Of a stretch of 64,000 nt of DNA, positions 50,941 to 64,000 are shown piece by piece; within the stretch, counting starts at the first letter, position 1; every line of letters begins with the position of its first letter. The notes beneath the pieces are model-generated. The model saw nothing but the letters and a program-made list of their open reading frames with translations, was not told where the DNA came from and did no database searches. The position numbers and the translations under genes are program-made. Source of the DNA: Felis catus (Eukaryota); the NCBI RefSeq assembly GCF_018350175.1, contig NC_058368.1:39868001-39932000 (forward strand), read 5' to 3'.

Positions 50941-53136
50941 CCTACATTAGGATGAACATTAAATCTACACTTAAGAGCAGTTGTAAAAACTGGATGTAAG
51001 AAACTTTTCTACAGTATCACTTATTAAGCTTATATAACCATAAGATGTAGACTTAGATATATAACTTCATTAATGTAACTCATATTTATTTAATGACATC
51101 TATAACCCAGGCACTGTTTCAGGTGCTGAAGGCTACCAATGAACGAATACTGGGGATGACGAGTCCACAGATTCATTTACAATCTAGAGAGGAAGATAAA
51201 ACTTCAAAACCAAGCAAGACACAAGAATAAATGAAGTAATAAATAGGTAGAATTCATAAGCACTATTGACTTATTGAACTTAGAGTTAGCTGAGGAATAA
51301 AAATAGTAAGAATTACCAGTACCTTGGAATCTTAACTAAATGAGAAGTTCAGAGTAAGAGATTTAAAAGAGTGTATGTGGGAAATATTTTGTGTTTATTT
51401 GTTAACATGGGAGGGACAAGAGGGAATGGATATGTTTATATTCTGAAATGAAAGAGCTGATGGAAAGGGAGATGCTGAAATATATAGGGTTTCCTCTATG
51501 GTAATTTGAAAAGCAGCAAAAATCTCTTTCCATATCAAAAATCTATCCCCTACTGGCCTATTATTTTGTCTGAAATTCTTACCAAGATTGGGGATTTTAT
51601 GCCAAGAAATTGTTTCCATCACAGTTTTGCTAAAATAAACCTCTATTTCCTGGGTTACCTGGGGAAGTCTACAGGTTTAGGCAAAGGATTTAAGAATTTA
51701 GAATATTATCTAATTATAATTCGAAGGGAATATGACCATAAACATAAAGGTATAGGACACTTTTGCTTGTTTGTTGCATATTTCTGTTTGTCGTTTGGTG
51801 TATTTAAGAAGAAACAGAGTGGATATATTGGAATATTATCAAAAGATGCATGAGGTTACTGGTGAGGATAAAGGCACACAATAAGCCCAAAATAAATCTC
51901 TTCCTAGACTACAAAACTGAGATATGTTAGGATAGCTGTGTGCTGATTTCAGAGAAACACTCCGTTCAACTCAGCTCATAAAGAAAGAAGAAAATGTTGG
52001 CTCTAACCTAGAATTCCTGAATAATGGCAAAAGGAGGAAATCTTTCATAACTCTGAGGATGGCACACTTCTTATCAGATATACCTCCCTAATAAAAGAGC
52101 TAAGACTGCTCTTTTAAAATGAACGTAGATAAGATGAAAATATGATTACTGGATCATAGAAAGCAATGTGCCAATCAATGATCTACTTTTCTTAGCATTT
52201 CCTATATATGCTTGTGTTTGCAATTACTAAATTAGCCTCATAACAGGAAATCAGAAGAGCCCTTAAGTTTGTACTATATCCCGGTATGGAGGGACATTAA
52301 GTTGCCAGCTGTTCACTTTTAATAAAACAATATAATGTTTATGAAGTCCAACAGAGTCTTAGAAAGCTCTGTGTCATCGTAGTGTTTTTGCTTTGCCCCT
52401 GCCACCCATGGGCACAGAAGAAACTCTTCCCCCCATATGATGAATTCCTGTAATATCCCAAAGTGACTTTAAAAATTTCAATAGTCTTTCCCTTTGAAAA
52501 ATAACACCTCTTCCATTCTCTTGTTGCATATTTGTGCTTTCCTTTAGTAAGTGAACACTGAAGGGGGAATTTGAGAGCTCTAATAGCTTCTGTAGTGTTC
52601 TTATAATAGTAATGTTTTTAGCATCACTATAGTTAAGGACTTGTCAGCACTTATAAACTCCTACTTTAGTGAAATTTCACTTGGCATATAAGCTTTCAGC
52701 CCAAGAGCAATTTTCATTTTAAGCTTTAAAGCCATCTCTTAGGGTATTTTGATAGTGTGGTTAAAACTTAAAACAAAAGCTTACTGTTCTCAGATGATTC
52801 CAATCCCCTCCAAAATTGCTCTTTGCAGGTTTCTTCTCTCCATAAAATCAATTAGCTCATAATAGCTAAAAAGAGTGGGAAGTTTTTAACAGTTGTAATG
52901 ATGGATGTAATACAGTTCTGCACATAAAAATTATGTTTAAAATATTAGAAAAATATTCTAAAATCTAAAAAACAAAAATGTTGACAAACAAGAATTGTTT
53001 GCATTTTAATATATAACCAATACCTCTTGAGGAGTCAAGTTTTAGATGACGCTTAAATTCTAAAGGTGAAATATTTTCAGTGGAAGACTTAATTTTAACC
53101 TTAATACACCACATTTGATGTTTCAAATGACTACAA

Positions 53137-55528
53137 AATTTTTAAGTTTTTTTAATATAATTTATTGTCAAGTTAGCTAACATAGATTCCCATGATTTAT
53201 CACTTACATACACACCCAGTGCTCAGCCCATGTGTCCTCCTCAATGCCCATCACCCATTTTCCCCTCCCTCCAGCCACCCCCAACATCAACCTTCAGTTT
53301 GTTCTCTGCATTTAAGAGTCTATTATGGTTTGCCACCCTCTCTGTTTGTAACTATTTTTCCCCTTCCCTTCCCTTCCCCGTGGTCTTCTGTTAAGTTTCT
53401 CAAGTTCCACATATGAGTGAAAACATATGATACCTGTCTTTCTCTGACTTATTTCACTCAGCACAATAATCTCCAGTTCCGTCCATGTTGTTGCAAATGG
53501 CAGGATTTCATTCTTTGTCATTGCCACGTAGTATTCCATTGTATGTATAAACCACATCTTCTTTATCCATTCATCAGTTGATGGACATTTGGGCTCTTTC
53601 CATAATTTGGCTATTGTTGAAAGTGCTGCTATAAACATTGGGGTACATGTGCCTCTATGATTCAGCACTCTTGCATCTTTTGGATAAATTCCTAGTAGTG
53701 CTATTGCTGGGTTGTAGGGTAATTCTATTTTTAATTTTTTGAGGAACATCCACACTGTTTTTCAGAATGACTGCATCAGTTTGCATTCCCACCAACAGTG
53801 CAAGAGGGTTCCTGTTTCTCCACATCCTCATCAACATCTGTTGTTTCCTGAGTTGTTCATTTTAGCCATTCTGACTGGTGTGAGGTAGTATCTCAATGTG
53901 GTTTTGATTTGTATTTCCCTGATGATGAGTGACATTGAGCATCTTTTCATGTGACTGTTGGCCATCTGGATGTCTTCTTTGGAAAAGTATCTATTCATGT
54001 CTTCTTTCCATTTTTTCACTGGATTATTTGTTTTTCAGGTGTTGAGTTTGGTAAGTTCTTTATAAATTTTGGATACTAAACCTTTGTCCAATATGTCATT
54101 TGCAAATATCTTCTCCCATTCTGTCGGTTGCCTTTTAGTTTTGTTGATTGCTTCCTTTGCTGTGCAGAAGTTTTTTGTTGTTGTTGTTTGTTTTATCTTG
54201 ATGAGCTCCCAATAGTTCATTTTTACTTTTATTTCCCTTGCCTTCGCAGACATGCTGAGTAAAGTTGCTGCAGCTGAGGTCAAGAAGTTGTTGCCTGTTT
54301 TCTCCTCTAGGGGTTGATGGTTTCTTGTCTCACATATAGGTCTTTCATCCATTTTGAGTTTATTTTTGTGTAAGGTGTAAGAGAGTGGTCTAGTTTCATT
54401 CTTCTGCATGTTGCTGTCCAGTTCTCCCAGCACCATTTGCTAAAGAGACTTTTTCCCATTGGATATTCTTTCCTGCTTTGTCAAATTAGCCGGCCATACA
54501 TTTGTGGGTCCAATTATTCCGCTGATCTATGTGTCTGTTTTTGTGCCAATACCATACTGTCTTGATGATTATGGCTTTGTAGTACAGGCTGAACTCCAGG
54601 ATTGTGATGCCTCCTGCTTTGGTTTTCTTTTTCAACATTACATTGTCTATTTGGGTCTTTTGTGGTTCCATACATATTTTAGGATTGTTTGTTCTAGCTT
54701 CAAGCAGAATGCTGGTGCAATTTTGATTGGGATTGCATTGAATGTGTAGATTGCTTTGGGTAGTATCAACATTTTAAGAATATTTGTTCTTCCAAACCAT
54801 GAACATGGAATGTTTTTCCATTTCTTTGTTTCTTCTTCAATTTCTTTCATAAGTTTTCTATAGTTTTCAGCATACAGATCTTTACACATTTGGTCAGGTT
54901 TATTCCTAGGTATTTTATGGTTCTTGGTGCAATTGTAAATGGGATCAATTTCTTGATTTCTTTCTTTCACTTCATTATTGGTATATGGAGACACAACTGA
55001 TTTCTGCACATTGATTTCATATCCTGCAACTTTGCTGAATTCAAGTATCAGTTCTAGGAGTTTTTTGGTGGAGTCTTTTGGATTTTCCACGTATAATATC
55101 ATGTCATCTGCAAAAAGTGAAAGTTCGACTTCTTCTTTGCCCATTTGGATACCTTTTATTTAATTTTGTTGTCTGATTGCTGAGGCTAGAACCTCCAACA
55201 CTATGTTAGACAACAGTGGTGACAGTGGATATCCCTGTCATGTTCCTGATCTCAGGGGAAAAGCTCTCAGTTTTTCCCCATTGAGGATGATATTAGCTGT
55301 GGGCCTTTCATATATGGCATTTATGATGTTAAAGTTTGTTCCTTCTATCCTGAATTCCTTGAGGGCTTTATTAAGAAAGGATGCTGTATTTTGTCAAATG
55401 CTTTTTCTGCATCTATTGACAGGATAATATGGTTCTTATCTATTCTTCTATTAACATGGTGTATCACATTGATTGATTTGCAAATATTGAACCAGCCCTG
55501 CAGCCCAGGAATGAATCCCACTTGATCA
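53137..55528 (-). mobile_element. 5'-truncated L1 with decayed ORF2 (RT to C-terminus) and 3' UTR
   Basis: ORF fragments [63 protein letters not shown]; several frameshifts; T-tail at the left end. Confidence 0.98.
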
Positions 55529-55539
55529 AACTGCAGGTT

Positions 55540-56230
55540 CATTTCTCATTTTCCTCAGTGCTCCTTCTTTAACTTCTTTCCTGGGTTCTCCTTTTCTACC
55601 ATATTTCTAATTGATAGAGTGTCCCAGGGCACTTCTCACAATGCATGCCTCTCTTGGTCATTTCATATAGTCACATGACTCTCAATTTTATACCTTTTCT
55701 GCTAAATCTCAAATTTACATCTCTACAGCAGAAATCTTCAGAAACATACAGCTCTACATTGGATATCTTGTAGGCATATGGTAATTTAAAATGCATACAT
55801 TAGAATCTTGATTTCCTCCCTCCCATTGCCCAGCAATCTTTTCCTCTTTTAGCCTCTTTAATCTCAGCAAATTTCATGGTTTATGAAAAAAAACCTAGAC
55901 ATCACTCCTGATTTCTTCTTTCCTCAAATTCAACCCATTAGCTAGTGCTTTTAGTTCCACCACAAAACATATCATGAATCTACCTATTGCTCTCTCCCTT
56001 CACTCAGCCAACACTTCTAATCAGGTCTACTCCACACCCGTAAAGAAGAATAAGAGTGACATTCAAAAATGCAAAGGCTATCACAATCTTGTTCATGTAA
56101 AATCTTCCTTATGCATGAAGAATAACATTCAACTGTCTTGTGTTAATTCATAAGGCTCTGCACTATCTGTCACCACTCAAAGTCATCAGCCTTCTTATGT
56201 GCCACTCTCCAGCCAAGGCCACAAGTATCT
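55540..56230 (+). mobile_element. L2 relic
   Basis: aaatctcaaatttacatctctac, aaaacctagacatcactcctgattt, cataaggctctgcactatctg. Confidence 0.55.
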
Positions 56231-56344
56231 TTTGGAAGCTTAGACAGAATAGCAATTTAGAAACATTGATTCGGTTTTTTTTTTTTATCTTTTTCAATGA
56301 TTCTCCTCCACATTTCTCATGACTGTTCATATTAAGGAATTTCT

Positions 56345-57340
56345 CAAAAGGGAACAGAACATTGTCAAGTATGGAATAAAGAGGCTCTGATAGGCCTAAC
56401 CTGGGAAATTTGAGCACCACAAACAGTAATGAAATGATGAGGTTAGTGAATTTTTTAACATTTTTATTTATTTTTGAGAGACAGAGAGAAACAGAGCACG
56501 AGCAGAGAAGGGGCAGAGAGAGAGGGAGACACAGAATTTGAAGTAGGCTCCATGCTCTAAGCTATCAGCACAGAACCCAACACGGGGCTCAAACCCATGA
56601 GCCGTGAGATCATGACCTGAGCTGAAGGTGGACTCTTAACCGACTGAGCCACTCAGACGCCCTGAGGTTAGTGAATTTTAAAACAACAAATAAATAAAAG
56701 TCCCTAAGTCCATAGTGGTAGTTTTAAATGATAAATATAGAGGAAAATCTAATCTTCTTTTAGAAGAATGCCAGCTTTGACAGTTATATATACAAGAAAT
56801 GCTAGAACTAGAAAATTGCCATCTTGTAACCCCCATATAATCACTGACTCAGATTCTCAAGCAAGGATCTTAAACTGAAGTTAAAACCATGAGTTAAAAT
56901 TTTTATGACCAAGTGAGTCAGATAATCACAAATTATAATCTCACCATTGTTTATCCATTAGAAATGGAAATATTTGCTTTACTAAGGAGAAATCTAGAAG
57001 TCACTAACATATAAGTGTCGAAATAGGGTATTGCCAAGCCTGGTAGCATGACAATGTATCTCATGATGAGATCCACTATACCTATGTTTTGTTGGCCTGA
57101 ATAGTTTGACATCAATCTAATAGTGAAGAAACAGTCAGAAAATAAGCAGAAAGGAGGGCATTCTGCAAGACAGTGAGCCAAAAATCTTCAGTGTATTCAT
57201 AATTGTAAATAACAAAGAGAGGTAGATAGTGTTCTATATTAGGGAAGACCAAAATGATATAAAATAGCCAAGTCCAATGTCTGAAATAATTTGGAAACAA
57301 TAGATAATTTTAAAATTAAAGAAATGTTATTTAAATGGAC
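56345..57340 (+). mobile_element. Ancient L1 3' UTR (L1MC4-like) interrupted by a SINE
   Basis: ctgggaaatttgagcacc, agaaatgctagaactagaaaattgccatcttgtaacc, gagggcattctgcaagac; similar to the 37200-37900 3' UTR motifs. Confidence 0.6.
56455..56662 (-). mobile_element. CAN-SINE
   Basis: Perfect TSD tgaggttagtgaatttt at 56438 and 56663. Confidence 0.97.
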
Positions 57341-57348
57341 AAAAACTG

Positions 57349-57349
<1 letters not shown>

Positions 57350-57391
<42 letters not shown>
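57350..57391. repeat. (CA)n microsatellite
   Basis: Direct reading, about 21 units. Confidence 0.95.
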
Positions 57392-57393
<2 letters not shown>

Positions 57394-57606
57394 TCAGTCA
57401 AGAATAGGATAGTTAAGTGGATTTAAACCAATTTCAAATTATCTTGGAGTTCTATTCTGGAAATGGAAAGCCCATTCATTTCTTTGATCCATTCAAGACA
57501 GAAATAGCAAAGAGGAAAGCTATCACATGGAAAATAGAAGACCACAGAAAGGGAATTATTCTTAATTTTCCCTCCATTACAAAAATAATCATCACTAAAT
57601 TCTACT

Positions 57607-57685
57607 CCTGAAACCAATATTACACTATATGTTAACTAACTAGAATTTAAATTAAAACTTAACAGTAAAAAGTAAAAAAAAAAAA
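57607..57685 (+). mobile_element. Very short L1 3' terminal fragment
   Basis: cctgaaaccaatattacactatatgttaactaactagaatttaaat followed by an A-tail. Confidence 0.8.
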
Positions 57686-58415
57686 TCAACCTAATAGTGT
57701 TCTTCTTGCAAAATTTCTCTACATCCACCTCATGCTAACCACTAAGCCATGAAGGAATGATAAACTATGCTTCTAGATGTTAGTAAATTGAGACCAAAGA
57801 GAGCACTCTAACAGAAATGTCAGCTAGAAACAGATTGAAATGTATTTAGAATGTTTATAGGAGACTATCCACAGTGAAATATATAATGACAATTTTTAAG
57901 TCAGTATTTTGAGATCAGTCTGATGCATAACATGGAAATCTAGTTACTTAAATAGTATGAAAAATGTGTTTATAACCCACAAAGATGCCACTAATGATCA
58001 CATTTACTTGATGTTCATAAAATCAAGAATAGCGTACTATGTAGAAAATGTCTAAGTCTTATCTTTGGATTGTGATAGTCAAACTCAATAGTATAAATCT
58101 ATAGCCTAGGAAGGCAACAAGAAAGATATTAAGTTCAGAATGGAGAAAGGCAATGCACAGATGTGCTACGTCTAGAAATGTCTGCCAAAACAAAAAAAAA
58201 GAAAAAGAAATATGGCAGAGCATCACTCAGTATAAATATGGAAATACAAATAATACAGTGAGTATCTCAAGGACCAATCTGAAAGTTACAGCAGTCAACT
58301 GTGAATGCCCAGGAACCAGGACTGAATTATAGATTATGCCTCTAAAACTAGCAAAGTCTAGATACTAGATACTATTTAGTAGTTTATGCATTGACATTGA
58401 CAATAAAGTGATTTT

Positions 58416-58629
58416 TTTATTTTTTTTTAATGTTTATTTATTTTTAAGACAGAGAGAGACAGAGCATGAACGGGGGAGGGTCAGAGAGAGGGAGACACAG
58501 AATCTGAAACAGGCTCCAGGCTCTGAGCTGTCAGCACAGAGCCTGACGCGGGGCTCGAATTAACGGACTGCGAGATCATGACCTGAGCTGAAGTCGGCCA
58601 CTTAACCGACTGAGCCACCCAGGTGCCCC
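58416..58629 (-). mobile_element. CAN-SINE
   Basis: Perfect TSD gacaataaagtgatttt at 58399 and 58630. Confidence 0.97.
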
Positions 58630-58802
58630 GACAATAAAGTGATTTTAATTCAAGTTCCCAAGTAGCCATTATGGGAGTGATAATACTGTGTAAGTCACTA
58701 TACCTCACTTTCCTCTTTTATAAAAAGAGAATAAAAATAGGGGTCACCTCATGGTTGCTTTGAGGATTAAATAACCATGGGAGCAAATCTCTGAGCTTAT
58801 TC

Positions 58803-59016
58803 TTTTTTTTCAATGTTTTTATTTATTTTTGAGAGAAAGAGACACAGAGCGAGCGGGGGAGGGGCAGAGAGAGAAAGGGAGACACAGAATCTGAAGCAGG
58901 CTCCAGGCTCTGAGCTGTCAGCGCAGAGCCCAACGCGGGGCTCGAACTCACAAACTCTGAGATCATGACTTGAGCCGAAGTCAGATGTTCAACTGACTAA
59001 GCCACCCAGGTGCCCC
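58803..59016 (-). mobile_element. CAN-SINE
   Basis: Diverged TSD ctgagct(t/c)at.. at 58791 and 59018. Confidence 0.96.
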
Positions 59017-59428
59017 GCTGAGCTCATCTTTGTTGTTAAACATTAAATTAAAAATATTGTGAAGTACATTTTATAATGTGTATCTGATTTGATGATAACT
59101 CAGTGATCCTGTGTGAAGAGTCAGTCTGGAAACAGAATCTTATTCATCATGTAGTGATTTTCAAAATGGAAAGTTGAAAACCAGAGCAAAAAGCTACCCT
59201 TAAAATTCCCTGCTAAAAGTCATATGAATGAGTTGTATAAAATGTAGTTGTTCCCATATTTCAGGTGTAATATACTCAACTAACATTTGTGTTATATATT
59301 ATTTCTAACAACTAAACAGACACAAATTTGGTATAAGGATGCATACCAATAATTTAGCTATTTCCAGTGTAACTTTACAGGAGAACTAAGAAAGGAAAAA
59401 GAATGTTCCATTGGGAATTTTCAAAAAA

Positions 59429-59661
59429 TTTTTAATGTTCATTTTTTAATGTTCATTTATTTTTGAGAGAGAGACACACACAGAGTGTGAGCGGGAGAGG
59501 GGCAGAGAGAGAAAGGGAGACACAGAATTCGAAACAGGCTACAGGCTCTGAGCTGTCAGCACAGAGCCTGACACGGGGCTCGAACTCACAAATTCTGAGA
59601 TCATGACCTGAGCCAAAGTCGGATGCTCAACTGACTGAGCCACCCACCCAGGGTGCCCCCC
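59429..59661 (-). mobile_element. CAN-SINE
   Basis: TSD gggaattttcaaa at 59413 and 59667; tail segment tttttaatgttcatt duplicated. Confidence 0.95.
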
Positions 59662-60891
59662 GGTCAGGGAATTTTCAAATAAAAGCATATATTATTTGTG
59701 GAAATCCAATGTAACCTTCCACTGGTAGGTCCATCATGCAACAACCCAGCTTGGTTTGATGCATGGGCATAATTAATTATTTAATACATAATTAATAATT
59801 ATGAAATATATATTAAAAATCCTAGCACACAGTAAGTACTAAATTAGTTGAAGACATTTTTAACATATAAACTGGGACTACAGTACCAAAAGCCTTAGGT
59901 GATGCCAAATAGTTCTGGCTGTATTCAATAAACATCAGAGCTACATAAGGTTCCAGAACAGGAGAGGGACACAGGACTGGATACAACAACCCCTCTGCAT
60001 TCTGTGCTGTGTTTGAAGAACAAGAGATTGGAAGGAACACTTTGAAGTTGGAAACACTGATTTTACAGGCAACTTTGCTTATTTATATGTTTATGTTTAC
60101 ATATGTGAAAATGAATGCTTCTGACAGATATTTATTTAGAATTATGAAGAAAGTAATATTTTTTTGCAAAATCTTCTGTAATGTAAGGTGATTGGTCTTG
60201 AAATTCTCTTTTAAGCCCATCCTGAAAATACTGGTCATTATGACTTAAGTGCTTTTGCCCATATAATTCATTATAGCAAATAGCAATGAACACAAAAGAA
60301 TGCATTTTCTTAAGTGTATGCACAATGTTTTTGATAAATAACATTTATTAAAATGGATTTTTCTAAAATAAAATTTTAAAGCTACAGATTGTTGCTTTAT
60401 GTCATTAAATGGGGATCAACTCCTATGACTCCACAGGAATATCATATTTGAAATATAAAGTGCCTATAACTTAAAAGTTTTCTACTATTACACAAATGGA
60501 TATATTCCCCTCTCTGAAGCATTCCAAAATTGTTCTATTAGTAAAGAGTTTGGAAATACATTTATGTTCTGATTATAATGGAATGAAATTCATAGTAAAG
60601 GAAAAGCAGATATTGACATTGTTTATGATTTTTATTGTTAGTTGCTGTACAATTTAAATGCTTTGGTTTAATAGGAAGATCAGATCAGCCTTCCCTTTCT
60701 CTTGGTCAAAGCAATCAGATTAATATACAATTTGCTTAATACGGTGGTGACTTTTTAAAGATAAACTTTTCTATTACGTTCATGTGCAAATTCTTAAATA
60801 TATGATTACCCCAGACTCAAATAAATTCTATAAATATTGATGGAAATAAACGACAATGAATTGGTTTCCTTTAATAAATTTTGACAACCGT

Positions 60892-61126
60892 GGGGCGCCT
60901 GGGTGGCGCAGTCGGTTAAGCGGCCGACTTCAGCCAGGTCACGATCTCACGGTCTGTGAGTTCGAGCCCCGCGTCGGGCTCTGGGCTGATGGCTCAGAGC
61001 CTGGAGCCTGTTTCCGATTCTGTGTCTCCCTCTCTCTCTGCCCCTCGCCCGTTCATGCTCTGTCTTCTCTCTGTCCCAAAAATAAATAAACGTTGAAAAA
61101 AAAATTTTAAAAAAAAAAAAAAAAAA
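60892..61126 (+). mobile_element. Young felid SINEC_Fc-type SINE
   Basis: Perfect 18-bp TSD aataaattttgacaaccg at 60873 and 61127; long pure A-tail; CpGs intact. Confidence 0.98.
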
Positions 61127-62649
61127 AATAAATTTTGACAACCGAAAGATGACAGAACAGGCTAAGGAGCACAATCCCTTCATTGACACAATAATTAAAA
61201 CATTAACTTAAATCTTATTTCAAGATACCTTGAACTTTGGAAAATTCACTTTGAAATCTAATGGAAGGGGTCATTTACATCAAATCATCCTTGTAAACCA
61301 TTAATATTTCCCACAAAAAACACTGCCAGTATACAAAATGGAGAGTAAGAATGACTCTGAAGTTGTGACCCTTGAGAGTTCCTTGGAAAAAAAAATAGTA
61401 ACGAGGCATGGCACTGGACAAAGAGTCAGAAGGCAAAACAGTGCAAAGGCACTAAACACTGAATGCATGTGTACACACACAACTCACAAAGACATATACA
61501 CACAACTTTTTACACCTGTTAAGGTGATGACAAAATGTTCATACTTTTAAAATTAAAAAATTCAGAATTTATAGATTATGTATGCTGAGCTTGCTTACAC
61601 ATATTCAAGAAATTCAACCATTTTTTAACAAAATGCACTGTGTAAAATGTACTGTGCCATTACAGCTCTAATTCAAACTACTAATAACCTGCATACAATT
61701 ATTTTAAAATTTCTTTGCTTCATTTTCTTCTACTATTTTGGGGGAAAATGTTAATTTATTATTTTGCAAAGATATTTTTATTTACAGTCTTTTTTCCTCC
61801 ATGAGGTTTAGGAAAGGCTCAGCCTTTCAATTAGCATGCTAATATATTGTATCTGATAACTGTCTTATAAAAGAGCACTTGATTTTATGTAAAAATGGTC
61901 AAACACATTATAATTTGGAAGACTGCAAGATTTGGTACACAAAATATAAGTACTGATTTTTAATCAAAGAAATTCCATTTATAAATTTTCCACATTAACT
62001 AAATCCAGTAAATAGTTCTGTAGAAATCCCCATTAAAGAAAATGTTTAGAATATTTGTAGTTAGAAGACACTGATTAAACTTAAGACCACTTTCACTTGA
62101 CAAAGTTGGTGGAAGGCATCAGAAAGAAGCACAGTTTAATTTGTGATTAACCATGGACCATACTTTTTTCTCTTTCTTATTGTTTGCCCTCTCTAGACTC
62201 ATTTCATTTTTCATTAACGTTTGTACCAAGGAACGTGACTGGAAGAGACAAGAAATGAAATTCACATTATCAATTAAGCCACTAATTTGTGCTCTTTTAT
62301 AAGATCAGGTGGAGAAAATACTGACATTCTTGTTTCAGCTAATAGCACCATTTGAACTATGCTTTTTCTGTATTTGTGCTGCTCTGATAGCAAGGCATTT
62401 TGGACTGAGAAATTTGTAGAGTAAATGTGTCCACTGCTGTAGATATTTTTTTACTTTGTGAGATACAATCAGTTTCATTATTTAAAAACATTATTATTTA
62501 TGATGTTATTAATATTTATTTTTCAATGTGATAGATCTAGTGTTTATATGATGATGTCTCATAGACAGTAAATCTTATCAACAGATCTAATTTCCACTTG
62601 ACAATCTGAATATCCCCTTTAAAGCTATATTTTGTTTTTAGCATTAGGA

Positions 62650-62861
62650 TTTTTTTTTCAACGTTTATTTATTTTTCGGACAGAGAGAGACAGAGCATGA
62701 ACGGGGGAGGGGCAGAGAGAGAGGGAGACACAGAATCGGAAACAGGCTCCAGGCTCTGAGCCATCAGCCCAGAGCCTGACGCGGGGCTCGAACTCACGGA
62801 CCGCGAGATCGTGACCTGGCTGAAGTCGGACGCTTAACCGACTGCGCCACCCAGGCGCCCC
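62650..62861 (-). mobile_element. Young felid SINEC_Fc-type SINE
   Basis: Perfect TSD tagcattaggattttttt at 62639 and 62862; CpGs intact. Confidence 0.98.
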
Positions 62862-63209
62862 TAGCATTAGGATTTTTTTATTATTTATTATGAAAAAAAG
62901 ATTTAATTAACAACAGTATTTTGCAGAAGAATGGGTAGAGTTTTCATTTTATTGATTTTTAAAATGCAAATTGCTGTTTTAAAATTGTTTTTTACTTCTT
63001 TATTGAGTACAAAAAATATCACAAATATTTTCTGGACAGTAACTAAATGTTACTTATTTTTACTTTGAGATAAACTATAAAAACACATCACATCTTTTGG
63101 AACTCATAAAATATTTGTCAAGTTCTTTAATACCTACTAAACAAATGTACATATACTAAATCCAAAATTGTACATCAAAACATAATAGAAGGGACTATAC
63201 AGAACTGTA

Positions 63210-63430
63210 CATTACTCAGAGTCTTAACAGTAGGCCACCTAGATTCAAGCCTGATTCTATCACTAACTAGCCATGTGAACTTGTGCAAATTATTTAATAC
63301 TTGGCATATCAGTTGGTCCTCAGTTAAAAAGGGGTCAATGACTCTATCTCCTAAACTGTTGTAAGGACTCCATTAATTAGTACACATAACATTCCTAGAA
63401 TACTGTTTGGCCTATGGCAAATACTACATT
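63210..63430 (+). mobile_element. MIR relic
   Basis: cctagattcaagcctgattctatcactaactagccatgtgaacttgtgcaaattatttaa resembles the MIR core. Confidence 0.65.
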
Positions 63431-64000
63431 ATCATTAGTGATTATTATCAGTAGTATTGATATTATTTGTAATAGTATTATGAAATGGTTAAATCAAAGA
63501 CATTGGAATGCATGTCACCAGCTCAATTTTAATATAATATTGTTACCTTAAATCAAAAAGAAAAGGTTTGAAGCAAGAAAAGAACATAAGCACTATTTCA
63601 AAGAACAAAGTACAGAAAGATATATTTCCTACCACTGAATTGAGTTTTAGAACGCAGTAAGTACCTGATCTCCTTTTTGATTTGAAAGGAATTGCAAATG
63701 TTAGAAGATACATTATAATCTTCACTATTTCATTTGTTTAAAAATCCATTTTATTTTAATTCTGTCACGTAGAAAAATAAAACCTTAAATTCCCAAACAA
63801 GTGATTTCTTGTAAATTGAAATAATATTTAACTTCTTGAGTCTTATTCTTCCCCAAACCAAGTCACTTGTGCCTGATGAGTGAAGCTCATAAACTCGGGA
63901 CACCAGGGAACCATATATGGCATTATTCTATTGCTGCCATAGCACTTACTGCCACATTCATTGTGTAGCATACAGCCATGGGGAGAACATAGCTCATTAA

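Noticed and set aside
51506..51853. Longest non-repeat ORF (115 aa)
   Set aside because: Non-ATG start, no recognisable domain and no convincing splice boundaries; plausible by chance in 64 kb.
52785..52865. Minus-strand exon-like segment with good splice sites
   Set aside because: All three frames contain a stop codon (best frame YYELIDFMERRNLQRAILEGIGII*).
53312..55542. Reverse transcriptase-like ORFs (FADD motif) as a novel RT system
   Set aside because: Ordinary 5'-truncated L1 ORF2 with frameshifts; no intact ORF and no associated partner genes.
1..64000. CRISPR array, prokaryotic or viral system, NUMT, processed pseudogene
   Set aside because: No regularly spaced repeat-spacer array, no gene-dense segment, and no mitochondrial-like or mRNA-like stretch recognised.

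Overview
AT-rich mammalian DNA, almost certainly felid (cat family), judged from about 30 tRNA-derived CAN-SINE/SINEC copies that include four young SINEC_Fc-type insertions with perfect target-site duplications (TSDs). The window is mostly transposon debris: carnivore-era and ancient L1 fragments, MaLR (MLT1) solo LTRs, Tigger2-like, MER3-like and MER5A-like DNA transposons, MIR/L2 relics and microsatellites. No intact protein-coding gene, RNA gene, CRISPR array or prokaryotic system is supportable. ORFs with recognisable homology are L1 ORF2 remnants or SINE read-through. The window looks like a large intron or intergenic tract. One plausible minus-strand 87-nt exon (406-492) and a plus-strand excess of L1s weakly suggest a host gene on the minus strand. 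The most interesting observations are structural: a multi-layer nested element stack (32.9-39 kb), a 5'-inverted L1 fragment, a SINE inserted at the L1 RT catalytic motif, a 33-bp micro-SINE, fold-back repair-like scars and an inverted young SINE pair. I found no evidence of a novel biological system. Subfamily names come from recall of consensus sequences, not from a database search.
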